From Eledone cirrhosa (taxonomy: Eukaryota), in the NCBI GenBank assembly GCA_964016885.1, contig OZ024740.1, positions 334,180,001-334,244,000 on the forward strand: a stretch of 64,000 nt of DNA, in the 5' to 3' direction. The position numbers and the translations under genes were made by a program. The notes below the pieces were generated by a model. That model was not told the origin of the DNA, searched no databases, and saw only the letters and a program-made list of their open reading frames with translations. Positions 27,331 through 41,130 of the stretch are shown piece by piece. Position 1 is the first letter of the stretch. The number at the start of each line of letters is the position of its first letter.

Positions 27331-27495
27331 GTTTCTGATTTAGGCACAAGGTCAACAATTGTGGTGTGTATGTGTGTGTGTGTTGGGGGGGGGGGGGGTC
27401 ATTTAATCGACCCCAAAGCATTACTGGTACATTATTTTAGCGACACCGTCAGGATGAAAGCAAAGCTAACTTCGGCGAGATTTGAACTTAGAGCG
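27331..27495 (-). mobile_element. SINE S1, degenerate
   Basis: Reverse complement of the B box, core and CCTTGTGCCTAAATCAGAAA tail. Confidence 0.7.
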
Positions 27496-27616
27496 GAATA
27501 GGATGTAATTATAAGCTGCACTTTAAAGAATTTGCCAACCCATTGCCTTTACACTATATATAATACTGCTTATATATGTAGATACGCGTGCACTAACATC
27601 TCTTTCATGCACACGC

Positions 27617-27660
<44 letters not shown>

Positions 27661-27669
<9 letters not shown>

Positions 27670-27992
27670 ATCAAAAGATGGTTAAAGGAGTTCCATGTAT
27701 TTTATTATGCGCATTTCAAAAACAAACATCATCATGCAATAATATTTGTGTTTTCATCAGATACAACAGGAGAACATGATATGAAGGCTAAAAAACACTT
27801 GTGGATAGTGCAGTTTTAAATCAACATGTTGATTTAAAACTGCACTATCCACAAGTGTTTTTTAGCCTTCATATCATGTTCTCCTGTTGTATCTGATGAA
27901 AACACAAATATTATTGCATGATGATGTTTGTTTTTGAAATGCGCATAATAAAATACATGGAACTCCTTTAACCATCTTTTGATCTTATATAT
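27661..27992. repeat. Spacerless palindrome, 166 bp arms, centre between 27826 and 27827
   Basis: The same peptide appears in the + and - ORF tracks; centre AATCAACA|TGTTGATT. Confidence 0.95.
27887..27953 (+). ncRNA. Hammerhead ribozyme motif in the palindrome arm (mirror copy 27700-27766 on the - strand)
   Basis: TTGTAT-CTGATGA-AAACACAAATATTAT..ATGATGTTTGTTTTT-GAAA-TGCGCA-TA-ATAAAA; stem I has one mismatch. Confidence 0.65.
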
Positions 27993-28084
27993 TATGTATA
28001 CTCCAGTCCTACAAACTGTAGAGTGCTTCTTATCCGATATCTGCATTGCTTTATTGTACTACAATAAAACTCACCTCCTACATA

Positions 28085-28156
<72 letters not shown>

Positions 28157-28221
28157 TAGATAGATAGATCCCGTTGAGGGCGAAAGCAGAGATTATTTGC
28201 TTAAAATTGAATCTGTACTTA

Positions 28222-28282
<61 letters not shown>

Positions 28283-29566
28283 AGTGGCGCGGGTGAGTTC
28301 ATTATTTGTCCCTTATAAACAGCCCATTAGAAGTGAATTCGCATCGTTGATTAGATAGGACAAAATATACCTACCGGCATTTGTTAAAGCTACGTGATCT
28401 GAGATCAGATATCATTGTGGTCATCTTCATATTTAATCTTTCCCCTGCCTACAAAATGAAATACTCCGCCAGGATTGTGTATTGCCAGTAATATTATGAC
28501 CTCAGATATGATACCTTGCGATATTTCTCCTGTCTAGTTGTCTAGGTTGTTTGAGATCTTGAAAGGAAATCTGAAATCGTCGTCCGTTTAATGTCACAAT
28601 ATGGTTCTTAGTTGCATTACCCGTCTCAAAATAGATATTTGCTTATGACAAACACAATCACTGAGACTGTAACATTAAAGCGTCACGGGCATCTCATTTT
28701 ACTCCATGACTGAACAAAAACAGATGAAAACACTCTTGACATACATACTTTTCATAGGCTAGTCGGGTCAAGCCGTTTCACGCCTGCATTCAGGGTCCTC
28801 ATCTGTGTTCATACAATATTGCCATGTTTACGATTAAAGTAACCAGATTGGTGTAAAGAGATGTGTTAACATGATGGCTGAGTGCTACAACTTCTCCTAA
28901 CGTTGCTTTTTATAATTATGAAGAAAATTACAGCCAGCTCGCGTTAAATTGTTTTAAATATTTTTATATCTTGATATGTGTTACTTTGAATATGTGAGAA
29001 GGATCCCATATTTTCTAGAATATTGCATTTGTACATATGTTTACAAAGCTGACAACTATGCCATTATATCGTTCGTTTGCACTACTATCAAGTAAGCGAT
29101 AAAAGATGCACCATGGATGAATCATGAGTTATCTTTGAAAAGCCTGCGATACTTACAATCATCTGGCGTTTATAGTTGCTAAACTCTACTATACTGACCT
29201 ACCGTCATTTAAATATACGAAATTTGATCACAAACTAAATCTTAGCAATAGCTACCTGCCACCGTACCTCTTCTAGGTATCTTTATATAGCTTTAGTTTT
29301 CAGTCCTCTATTGCACAATCCTTTCGCCTAATATTTGCTTCAAATTCTTTTCCCTCTAACTGGTATTTCAGATGCGGCTATATGTCAATTATCCTTGTGC
29401 TATTATCCTTATATAACGTACGTAAAGCTCTTAAAAAATTATTTTTTTTTGCTATTCCATTCCACCACAAACTGCGTGATTGATCATGTTGGTAAACTGC
29501 ATGCAGTCGCCATCGTTGTTCAGTCTTTCTCCTTTTCAGACACACACACAAACTCTCTCTCTCTCC

Positions 29567-29641
<75 letters not shown>

Positions 29642-30569
29642 ATATCAATTTGTCGTCAATTATGTTTCCTCACTATTCCTTCCCTCCTATCCCATTCTCA
29701 CACACATATAAGTGTTTATTTTCTCTTTGAATTGTGACATGAGTATTGCTTCAATTATTAATCCTCTATATTTTAGGGATATCTCTATATGATATATGGG
29801 CTCTATATTAGGATTTCCCTATCTAGCGGGTATTACGTTGTGTATTATATCACATGCAAATTGCTAATGTTTGTAAACATATGTTCAATCCGCATCTGTG
29901 TGTGGAACTTTTCCGTAATGTACAACTTACATTCTTCACATGTGAATTAAATTCATTATAACTTTGTACATATGTTTTTTACTCTTTTGTTATTTATGAG
30001 AATTATTATTCTGGATTTATTATTATTTTTGTAGTACATTAATAACGTTATTTCGAGCTCTGTTGCAATATATATTATTTTCGCTTTATTTTATGAAGGT
30101 TCATATTGTGTTAAACTACCTTATAATCAATAAAAATACGTTTGGTGGGTGGAAAATGTTCTACAAAGCTTTATAGCTTCTAAATTCAATATCAAGCATA
30201 AAATATAATTGTAATGTATTTTACATGTTTGCCGAAGTTTTATCATTCTTCCTGTAATTACACAATGGTTTCACAAAAATACGTTGAATATATGGGAATG
30301 CTACATTCACTTTTCTAAATTAATTGCACCAGTTTATATGTATTTGACATAATAATTAATGCAATGCACCCATTAACCAAAAGAAAAGTCATTTACCTTC
30401 ATAAACCTAAACGTCATTGATCTTCGTAACATTGAACGTATGAATCATTTGCACATTATCATAAGTAGTCATATTTTAGAAATTGTTGTTAATCTAACTT
30501 TAGGTTGATGGGTTGTCAATATCGATCGAGCCTCGTATAACATATTTTGCAGCATAGAGTTATGACATT

Positions 30570-30825
30570 TTAAGTTCCGATTTCAAAACCCGCCGAAGTC
30601 AACTTTGCTTTGTGAGGTAGATAAAATAAAGTACCGGTAAAGCACTTGGATCCTTCAATCGAATTTCCACTGCCCAAAAATTCCTCGACGTAACCTAAAG
30701 CAGAAACCATTATTATTAAAATCCCGCCGAGGTTAACTGTGCCTTTCATCCTTACGGGGTCGATAAAATAAAGTACCAGTAATAAACTGGATAATTGCTG
30801 GCCTTGTGCCAAAAAGTAGAAACAA
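30570..30825 (+). mobile_element. Two partial SINE S1 copies in tandem
   Basis: Core GATAAAATAAAGTACC and tail occur twice (to ~30710 and ~30825). Confidence 0.75.
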
Positions 30826-30960
30826 TTATTAAAGCTTAAATAATCTTTAAAATTTGTTTTGCTAAAAAAATAGTTTGAAAAGTTTATCAATAAGAACATT
30901 ACCAAATTAGCTTCTTTAACCCAATCAAATTTAGCCGATTACTTTGATGTTAATAATAAT

Positions 30961-31352
30961 TGTTTCTACTTTTGGCAAAAGACCAGCAATTATCCTAGTG
31001 TATTACTGGTACATTATTTTATCGACCCCGTAAGGATGAAAAGCAAAGTTAATCTCGGCGGGATTTGAACTCAGATATAAAGGGCCGTAACTCTTTACTG
31101 CAAAGCAAGGCGGCAGATCCTCTACCGATACTGCCAATCCACCGCCCTTTGATTTTAATAATAATTGTTTCTACTTTTGGCACAAGGCCGGCAATTACCC
31201 AATGTATTACTGGTACTTTATTTTATCGACCCCGTAAGGATGAAAGGCAAAGTGAACCTCGGCGGGATTTGAACTCAGACCATAAAGGGCCGTAACACTT
31301 TGCTGCAAAGCATGGCGTCAGACCCTCTACCGACACTGCCAATCCACCGCCC
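30961..31352 (-). mobile_element. Two full-length SINE S1 copies in tandem (30961-31147 and 31166-31352)
   Basis: Reverse complements of 7206-7390; 205 bp period. Confidence 0.9.
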
Positions 31353-31409
31353 TTTGATTTTAATAATAATGATAGGGAGATTGCTAAACATATAGGCACA
31401 CGGGGTAAT

Positions 31410-31680
31410 TATGATAATTTAAATGTGTATAATAAGCCATATAGTAATTTGATTATTCACTTAAACACATCAACTATTAAAGTTATTTCTATACCTAACT
31501 AGGATAGTAATTATAATATATCTCAAAACACCATTACTAATAGAGTAATCATGAAAGTTTAAATGTTTAAAATAAGCCATATAGTAATTTGATTATTCAT
31601 GGAAACATATCAACTATTACAATTATTCCTATACCTAACTAGGATGGTAATTATAATATATCTCAAAACACAATTACTAG
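31410..31680. repeat. Tandem duplication, 140 bp period, two copies
   Basis: AATAAGCCATATAGTAATTTGATTATTCA at 31431 and 31571. Confidence 0.9.
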
Positions 31681-32050
31681 TCCTTGTATGGTTTCAAATC
31701 AATGCCCACTTATTACTAAACATAAATGATAATTGTAACGCCGTTTTATCTAGCGTATTATCAAAGACTCAGTTTTGTTCATATATGCATTATTTTAAGA
31801 ATGAAAAATTCATACACTCCCCCTCTCAAACATTTTATTTGAGATTTTAAAATGTCTAGCATTGCAACCTCTCTAAAATTATCTATTGTTTACTCAGCTA
31901 AACCAAGTAAGGGTGGTAGAACGTCTCGTTTATGTTTAAACGAAGCTCCTGAAATCACAATCACTCGGGCACCGACTCTTACTCGTAAATATGTATATAT
32001 ATATATATATAGAGAGAGAGATGGATATATATAGATGGATATATATAGAT

Positions 32051-32123
<73 letters not shown>

Positions 32124-32886
32124 TGGATGAATCTCTGCATGTGCAAGTTTAGAGGTGTATATCTAGGTATGTTTATATGCAAGTACGTTAATATTCGTGT
32201 GCATATCTACAAGTATGTATGCAATGAAATTATTTTATTCAACTCTACTGTACGTTATTACCAATTATGATACTATTATTTCTAATAATTATTATACATT
32301 GTATCATATATAATTCTTATTTCCAGCAGTATTTGCGAATACGTGTCAATATGACTAAATATATTTGCCGTCTATGTGTTCATATAAAAGTCAATATGTA
32401 TAAGTTATCACGATTTGGGTTCAAATATTTTGCGTATCGTTATATATTGAGGTAACGTAGTGACTGATTATATATATATATTTACGTAGTTCTGAAGAAT
32501 TATCCACGTTATGGAAATTTCTTCTTTCGTTCCTGACAGGATTTTGTCGAAATCCATGAAAATCATTCATTTTCGATAATTTTACTATATCGGAATGTTC
32601 GTGAAATTTTCGCATTAAAATCTCATGTATCGATAAATCTCAATACATCTCCCAATTTGTGTTATTTGTTGTTAGTGAAACGAAAGTGAAATGAATAAAA
32701 TAACTTAATTGAATTCCAGTTCATTAATCTATTATTTAAATTGTATGTTCCTTGATGTTGCACATTTGCATTTCGAATATACCCTACAGATTTTTCTTTG
32801 GATATCTTAATTCCTTATAGATGTTGATTTTCATAACTCATTTGGTTTTAAAACCGTCCTGTCATTTAATAATAAACTATCTCTCC

Positions 32887-33062
32887 AATTGGCATTATCG
32901 GTAGAGCGTCAGGCATGCTTTCCAGCATAGTTACGTCCCTTTACGATCTGAGTTCAAATCCTGCCGGGGTTAACTTTGCCTTTCATCCTTACGGGATCGA
33001 TAAAATAAAGTACCAGTAATATACTGCGTAATTGCTGGCCATGTGCCAAAAGTAGAGGCAAT
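32887..33062 (+). mobile_element. SINE S1
   Basis: Near full-length match to 7206-7390. Confidence 0.85.
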
Positions 33063-34571
33063 TATGTATATATATGTGTGTATATGTCTGTATGTATATC
33101 TCTGTGGGGTGTGTGTGTGTAAGGTTTTGTAGAAAATAGTATTTTATGTATGTGAATATATATGAGTGTACGATAATGTGTGTGCACGTTAATTTGTGTG
33201 TATTCTTTTATTTAGATTCTCATATCGTATTTCGCGAACAATTCTACGTACATATAGTCCAATATCCTTCCATTCTATCCAATTGATATTCACATAGTTT
33301 TATTTTCCTTGAGTAACAAATGAAAAAAATACGATAAATGAAATAATTGTATGGAATATGTCTAAGCGAAATAAATCGAATTGCCCACTCAATTGAGATT
33401 AATAAAAGGAGTAATATAGAATGAACTGTATATTTCTATTACAATCTTTTGCGACGATGAACGCCAATCGTTATAATGAAATTGTGATAATTTTTTCTGC
33501 TTCGAAAATTTCATCATTATATGCATATTCACGTGATGTTTATGAAAATATCATTTTCCAGTGTTACCACTGAATATGGAAGAGCATTTCATTAGATGTT
33601 ACTGAGGAAATTCTTTTAGAGTGGCATCAGTGCAAAAGAGGATGGACATGTAAATGTAAACTGGCGCCATATGCAATATCGTCAAATTTGATCGTCCATG
33701 ATGAATTGATACACCCACCCAGACAGAGACATATATGTATGTATCTATATGGATGTATAATCGTATATGTGTTTATTTGGGTATAGTCATAGATTTTGAT
33801 TATGTATATATACAAAGCCATAGCTGAATGGTTAAACATATGCGTCATAATCTTATCTTTCCGAGCTCAATTACACTATGTATCGTCATGGACATGTGAT
33901 CATTATTAAATCTTTCGCTCAACTGGAGGATTTTAAATGGAATTGTATCGATGAAACTACTTATAAACAGCTCGCTAATCAAAGGTTACCGTTGTCACAG
34001 TATATGACCCTGAATCTCCTAGAATTGCACTAGGTGTTGACATGCATGTATAAGTATGTATGGAACACGTCGAGCGAAGTTTGGAATTGAAACTGAAATA
34101 GAAGCCTCGCCGTAATATTTTGTCAACATAATATATTAAATAATAGTGTACATAAACACACTGAACGGGAAGATTTCATATCTGTCTGTAATAATTCGAT
34201 AATGTTCAGTCTTATCCATATTTATTCACGTGTGTGTTTACATATGTGTGTTTCTTTATATACTGCTACTTCCGCAGGTTTATGTGGGTTGTGAGTTCAT
34301 GAGTGTAATATTGCATTTTCTGTAGATTTCTGTGTGTCTTCCTTTATCTGCATGTATGGTGCATTTGTATGTGATCTGTTGACACTGTAGCATACATTTT
34401 ATGTCCTGCTTATGTAAATTCAGACATACAAAACGACACGCGGATTGACGTAAATATGTGTTTACACATGCATATAGATACGAAATGAAACATCAACACA
34501 GCGGAATTCTATAAAAGTTTTTCGGCAAACTATTCAGATATATAAATCTCTTTTCATGTTCAATACAACAG

Positions 34572-34997
34572 TGTTGTAAAAAACCGAATGTGCCTTCATT
34601 CTTAGCTGCACTTAAACGTTGTTAAGGATGAGCATTCTACTAAAATATAAAATAATATAATTTAATATAAAATAATATAATATAATAAAATATAATATAA
34701 TATAACACAATACAATAATGATAAAATATGTAAAATGTATATGCAAAGACAGAAATATAGAAACCGACAGAGAAGGAGCTAAAAAACAAAGATATGTAAT
34801 TCTAGGCGTCTTGTTTGATTGTAACAGCTAATATAGCTTAAATCTTATTTTTAGTTATGCGTACACGAGTATATGTACACTTTCGATGATTTCAGTGGAA
34901 ACATCATGTTCAAAATTAGACAATCTGTACACTGGTGTAAATTATACAGTGAAACAGTATGAGGTGTGTAATATGATATGTACATATATACATGCAT

Positions 34998-35073
<76 letters not shown>

Positions 35074-35512
35074 AGATCCTGTTAAGTGTGAAAGGAGCGA
35101 TTCTTTGCTTAAACTTTAATTTTTTTTTTAAATTAAATAAATAAATATATATATACAGATTGTCTAACTTTGAACATGATGTTTCCACTAAAATCTTCGA
35201 AAGTGTACGCATAAATAAAAATAAGATGTAAGCTATATTAGCTATTACAATCAAACAAGACGACTAGAATTACATATCTTTGTTTTTTCGCTCCCTCTCT
35301 GTCGGTTTCTATATTTCTGTCTCTTTACATATGAATTTTACATATTTTATCATATTGTATTTTGTTATATTATATTATATTTTATTATATTATAATATTT
35401 TATATTACATTATATTATATTAAATTATATTATATTATATTTTAGTGGAATACTCATCTTTAACAACGTTTAAGTGCAGCTAAGAATGAAGGCACATTCG
35501 GTTTTTACAACA
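34572..35512. repeat. Inverted duplication, arms about 34572-34929 and 35154-35512
   Basis: Diverged reverse-complement arms (same VETSCSKLDNLY peptide on both strands); right arm bounded by (TA)n on both sides. Confidence 0.92.
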
Positions 35513-35536
35513 TATATATATATATATATATATATG

Positions 35537-35830
35537 TCAGGTCACCAGTTGGTGCTACTGGCAACATGTATCCCAGTACAACCTGTCTCATGGTCGGGTC
35601 GTTGGCCACTAAACTGGCAACCCCACCAATGTTTCTTGGTGAGGAGGGTGACTTTGGACATCCTGCAGTACTAAAAACAAAACCTGTCAAAGGGCAAAGG
35701 AGCTCTTAAGAGTCGATGGCCATCCAAAATCACCGGGAGAGATGACCTCTTAACCTTTGTCAAAGCAGAATTCTAGGAGAAGGAAAACTCTGATATAACA
35801 CCTGCAACCCTGATGGTATCCAATGATGTT
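35537..35830 (+). mobile_element. Dispersed repeat, probably an RTE-type 5'UTR derivative; second copy at about 44974-45260
   Basis: Shared GTCAGGTC..CTACTGG(C/T)AACATGTA..CAGTACAA..CGGGTCGT..GTGAGGA.GGTGA; CTAGGAGAAGGAAAACTCTGA motif, related to the - strand near 60100-60150. Confidence 0.5.
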
Positions 35831-36251
35831 GACTTGTTCTTCTTTTTGGTAAATATCATCTTGGTTAAGAGAGTGGGACTGGCTTTGTGCAGTGCCTTTG
35901 CTTACTATAAAAGCTTCACGGCACAGGCATTGCTTTATATCTGGAGATCTCTCTGCACTTGTCAATAATTGTCACAAGTGTAGTGTTTGTACCAGAGTTT
36001 TCAAGTCGCTGGCTGGACTAAAAAGTCACACTCGTTCAGCGCATCGGTAGGGGTTCTCCTAGATGGATATAAAGTAGTGGCCGTACTCGAAAATGAGTTG
36101 ACAGCCACCATATATATAAACAGAGATATCTACGGTAAGTTGTGGGGTCTAGTTTGCATGAAGAACTCAATGAAATCCGTATGTTGAAAATGTTGTAGGT
36201 TAAAATAAATACCGGAACACAACAAAAAATTAAAAGGAAAACAGAGTCACG

Positions 36252-37980
36252 ATATATGTTAAAACAATCAAATAAAAAATCAAGTGATTAGAAATATACT
36301 TCACTGCTTTACGATCATTTATAGGTGATGATAATACATAGTAACTATACCTCGTTATCGATCTATGTAAGGTTAGTTACAAAATATCAAATAAAGAGAA
36401 TATTTACTTACATGCATATCACCAGCTGTTGTCAAAAGCAATAATAATGTTATTCAAAATTAGTAGTAAATTAGTAGTATGTTTAGTTCTATGACCTTAT
36501 TTGGAGGTAGTTGAAAAACTAACCAATCAGATTTTTTTTTTCCATATGATGTTAAGATGAAAAATAGATAATAAGATAATGAAATATAGTAATGCAATAA
36601 TATAATATAATGTAACACAATATAGTAAGGTGTGGTAAATTGTACTTAGTATAATACAGCGTATGATACGCCTTAAAATACTTTCAAGTATGTTTATGTA
36701 TAAATAATTAAACTCAGATAAATACATTTTGACATAGTTAAAACACATAGATCACAAAGTGCATATACCCACGTTATAGATAGAGGTATATTTATATTGA
36801 TACTCAATTAAAAATATACACATGCATAAATAGATGCAAACATATACATACATCTACACATATGCACACAATCATACATACATATATTTATACATATATA
36901 TATATATGTTTACATATACACACCTATACACACATACATATATGTAAGTACATATATGCGAGTATATGTGTATGAGTGTTTATATGTATGTGTGTACATG
37001 TATGTGTGTGTACTTACATATATGCATGCGTGTATAGGTGTGTATATGTATACATATATGTATGCGTGTATAGGTGTGTATATGTTTTAAATATATGTAT
37101 GTATGATTGTGTGCACACGTGTAGATGTATGTATATGTTTGCATCTATTTATGCATGTGTATATTTTTAATTCAGTATTAATATAACTATACCTCTATCT
37201 ATAATGTGTGTATATGCAATTTGTGATCTATGAAATGTATACGTTTTGACTATGTCAACATGTATTTATCTGAGTTTGATTATTTATACATAAATATACT
37301 TGAAAGCATTTTAAGGCGTATCATACGCTGTATTATACTAAGTACAATTTACCACACCGTACTATATTGTGTTACATTATATTATATTATTGCATTGCTG
37401 AATTTCATTATCTTATTATAATTTTCATCTTTTAATATATTATCTTTCCTAGTCATGGCCCTAATTATATTCACCTAAAAACTCCATACAACACAACTCA
37501 ACATTTAACTTTTACATTCCTTTTAAACTTCACTATACCATATACATTCAACTATCAATTTGACAATCCCTTCCTTCCTAATTGATTTTTTATAGCATTT
37601 CTATTATTAACACCATTCAACCATTCCTTTCAAAGTGTCACGACCTCAACTAAAGTGAATTATTTTTCATCTTAACATCATATGAAAAAAAACAAAAACA
37701 ATCTGATTGGTTAGTTTTTCAACTACCTCCAAATAAGGTCATAGAACTAAACATACTACTAATTTACTACTAATTTTGAATAAAATTATTATTGCTTTTG
37801 ACAACAGCTGGTGATATGCATGTAAGTAAATATTCTCCTTATTTGATATTTTGTAACTAACCTTACATAGATCGATAACGAGGTATAGTTACTATGTATT
37901 ATCATCACCTAGAAACGATCGTAAAGCAGTGAAGTATATTTCTAATGACTTGATTTTTTATTTCATTGATTTAACATATA
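36252..37980. repeat. Large inverted duplication, arms about 36252-36952 and 37010-37980
   Basis: Reverse-complement arms (YINILESILRRIIRCIILSTIYHT on both strands); 242 bp extra in the right arm; right arm ends in (TA)n. Confidence 0.92.
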
Positions 37981-38076
37981 TATATATATATATCAGAATG
38001 AATGCAGTAAAAACCTGTTAGATTATTACTTCCCACAGTACTCGATACTCAGCGTAGTAGAGTGTGGTAATATGAG

Positions 38077-38174
38077 GGAGTCGGGACCCTGACGCCTGAG
38101 CTTCTCTCATTTCCACAGCAGTTCGGAACTAGCTGTTGAAACGGCAGGAGCTCAGCAGTCTGGGCGCCGACTCC
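38077..38174. other. GC-rich rod-like hairpin embedded between (TA)n tracts
   Basis: Nested pairings GGAGTCGG/CCGACTCC, CTGAGCTTCT/AGGAGCTCAG, TTTC/GAAA, ACAGC-AGTTC/GAACT-AGCTGT. Confidence 0.75.
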
Positions 38175-38882
38175 TTTATATATATACATGTGTCTATGTC
38201 TCTCTCTCTATATATATATATATAAAATATATATATGTAATATATATATATATAGTATATAGAACTCACTTACGGAGTTATCTGATTTAGTATCTTACAC
38301 TGAGAGGATCATATTGGCTTAGCGAAAATAATGCTCAGTTGTAAAAACACTGAAGAATTGGAATCAATATAATGAATAATGTCAATCTTTACCTACTCAT
38401 GATACCTTCCGGTTGTCTAACACTGTTTGAATAATACCAACTGTTTGCTTTCAAAATTGATTTGCAAAGTAAATGTCGGTTTACTTCCTATAGAATTTAT
38501 TTATTGATTCCTAATTACATACATTATGATGTATTGATTAATAATTAACTTCATATTATTTCGGTTAACTGATCGAACATTTGGCACGAATGATAAACAA
38601 AGCCTTCTTGCTGTGAAATATCTTCGTTTCATCGCGTATTGAAGAATTTATCAATATTTCTGAAGTGAAAATTAATTAACGTTCATATTCCAAAGTATCA
38701 TCTGCTCTATTTTACAAGTATGCTTGTCTTAATGATTATATTGTTTATATTTTTAGTTTTTTATATAATCGTAGCAACTGCATTAATGTTTATGGAGTTA
38801 GATTCAGTTTGTAGCTAGCCAAATCAGAAATATACATAATATAAAAGAATTGACAATTTCCAATATTTGTTCAGATATCACC

Positions 38883-38959
<77 letters not shown>

Positions 38960-39197
38960 ATATATATATTTATATACATATATATATATTTATTTTATTC
39001 TGAGTTAAGGCTCTATTGATTTTTTCCATGGATTTCACAAAATTCTGTGGATAAACCTATGTCTTGATTCTTTTTGAATTGAGTCTGAATTATTTTCCCA
39101 CATATTACGTTAACTATTTTTCCATTTTGACGTTATAGTCACTTATATATTATGAAATACTGTTGACTTCACTGTCACAATAATTTCTATACTTTTC

Positions 39198-39254
<57 letters not shown>

Positions 39255-39799
39255 GGTGTTTGTTGTTGTATAGTGTGTGTAAACATATATGCACATATGC
39301 ATATGTTTGCAAGGAATGAAAATGGAAATGCTTGTGACAAAACTACCACGAATTGTTCAGTCTCCAATAAATACCAATATGGATGGAATTGCTTTAATAG
39401 TTTAATTCAGGATAATCCATCAAGTCGATTAAAGTCTCGAACAAATTTAAACTCATCTTTGTTATTTTTGAAATATTAAAACATTATGACGTGATTTATA
39501 TAGGATATTATTGTCGCTGGATAAACAGAAGCAATATTGCTCTTATCTTTGCTACTTCGGCCAAGACGAAAACGAAGCCTGAAAACGTATGTGAAAAGAT
39601 ATATGATTTTAAAATTATACTTATAGCTACATTAACATAATAATACTCTTACTTCATTTATTTCAAATCTCTCCCGTGTGAATTTCAATGGAAATTAATT
39701 TTAAACATCTCAAGACTATTACATGCAGCTGCAAATTTTAGAACAAAATAATGTCCATGTAACTTGAAAGGCGATATTTTGAGGGTCGAGAAGTATGTG

Positions 39800-41130
39800 T
39801 GACCCAAGAAGAAAAGCTCTCTAGAATTGCATCTGGTGACACTAAGTAGCAACGTAAACGGACTATGAAACTTAGAGACCTGCAAACATCAAACGTAATA
39901 AATAGCGGTAAATAGTCGATCAATTTATATAATATTTGAAAAATAGTATTGAAGGAGGGAGAAACCTAGAGAGGAGAAACCTAGAGAGCAAAGAATCAAG
40001 CACCTTATCTACCGCATGCTGAGCGAGGGATTTCAATATTTCGAGGAACAGCCGGTGGCCAATATTTCTGATATTTAGATTTAAAGCGTGTAGTTTATAC
40101 TGAAGACCACTGGATAACTTTAAAAGCATTGGAAACATTAAAATTTGAAAGGTTATATGTATACCGTGGCAGAGAGAGGTCTTCATATGCGCGGTCGGGC
40201 AGAGGGTGCGACTGGAGCAGAATGATGAGAGGTAGGTCGCCTGTAGCAGATACGAAGCGGATCGGAAGCCAAGATCACCGAACCTCTCCCGGAGCTTCGC
40301 CTTTTGCCAGCCGGTACTGTCGAAACTGACATTGCAAATGAATTCTACAGTGCGTTAAATGATGGCGTCGATATCAACTCGGTGATCTGCTTGGGTGAGA
40401 CAATGTGCACCACGCAACGTGAGCAACAAATTTGGAAAGGAGATATAGTTACTCAGGAGGAAGAGCACCGAGTGAGCATCTATGATACTCAGCTCCTCTG
40501 CTACTCTCGGCATGTCTGCATGTTTGGTCTCCAGGCACTCACGTCTGACCTTCGAGAGAATTCGAGAACCAAGAAAGCAGTCTGCTTTTAGCTGTTATCC
40601 GACCCTCTTACAATTGTTGATGAATGCTGAGTACGGCGTCTTGGAAATTAGCCTCTCTGTAGCTAACGTCTATCTCTTCGGAATTAGATGGTTTGATCTT
40701 GAGTCCGAAAGGTCTTGTCATCAAAGGTAACAAAGGTTGAAGGGGGACCAGTCAGAGTGGGTCACGTTATCAACTGGCAGCGCAGAGAGGCGTGGGCAGA
40801 GTGGGTTTCCTTCCTGGACATCCATAGCGGAGATAACATTGCACTTAGTGGTCATGCGTGTGGTGGGTTTTCAGTACGAAGGTGAGCAAGAGGCTAAATT
40901 GAGGGGTGTCGTCTGAGACACTTCTCTAAAAGATGATCCCGCTAAACATTGTTGAAGCGGTATTTCATGTTTAGCTTCCGAAGAGGGTCGGTTGATGAAG
41001 GCGGCACATGTTATATAAAGTGTCTTGCCACATGAGCTACAGCCTCACTTCTGCACGTGTCTCACTCTCCAAGCTGGATGGAGCTTAGTGCCTCAGTCAA
41101 GTCATCGTAACTGACATGCAAGCTATTGAA
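39800..41130 (+). mobile_element. Highly degenerate Ty3/Gypsy-like pol (RT) remnant
   Basis: GC-richer island with short motifs in pol order across frames: LHLV, LDLKR, INSV..DNVH, EEEH, GHVIN, VTD; no intact ORF. Confidence 0.4.

Noticed and set aside
28757-28810. Minus-strand CAGATGA-stem-GAAA-CGG..CCG hammerhead-like fold
   Set aside because: Core and cleavage site both deviate and stem I is absent; too degenerate to call
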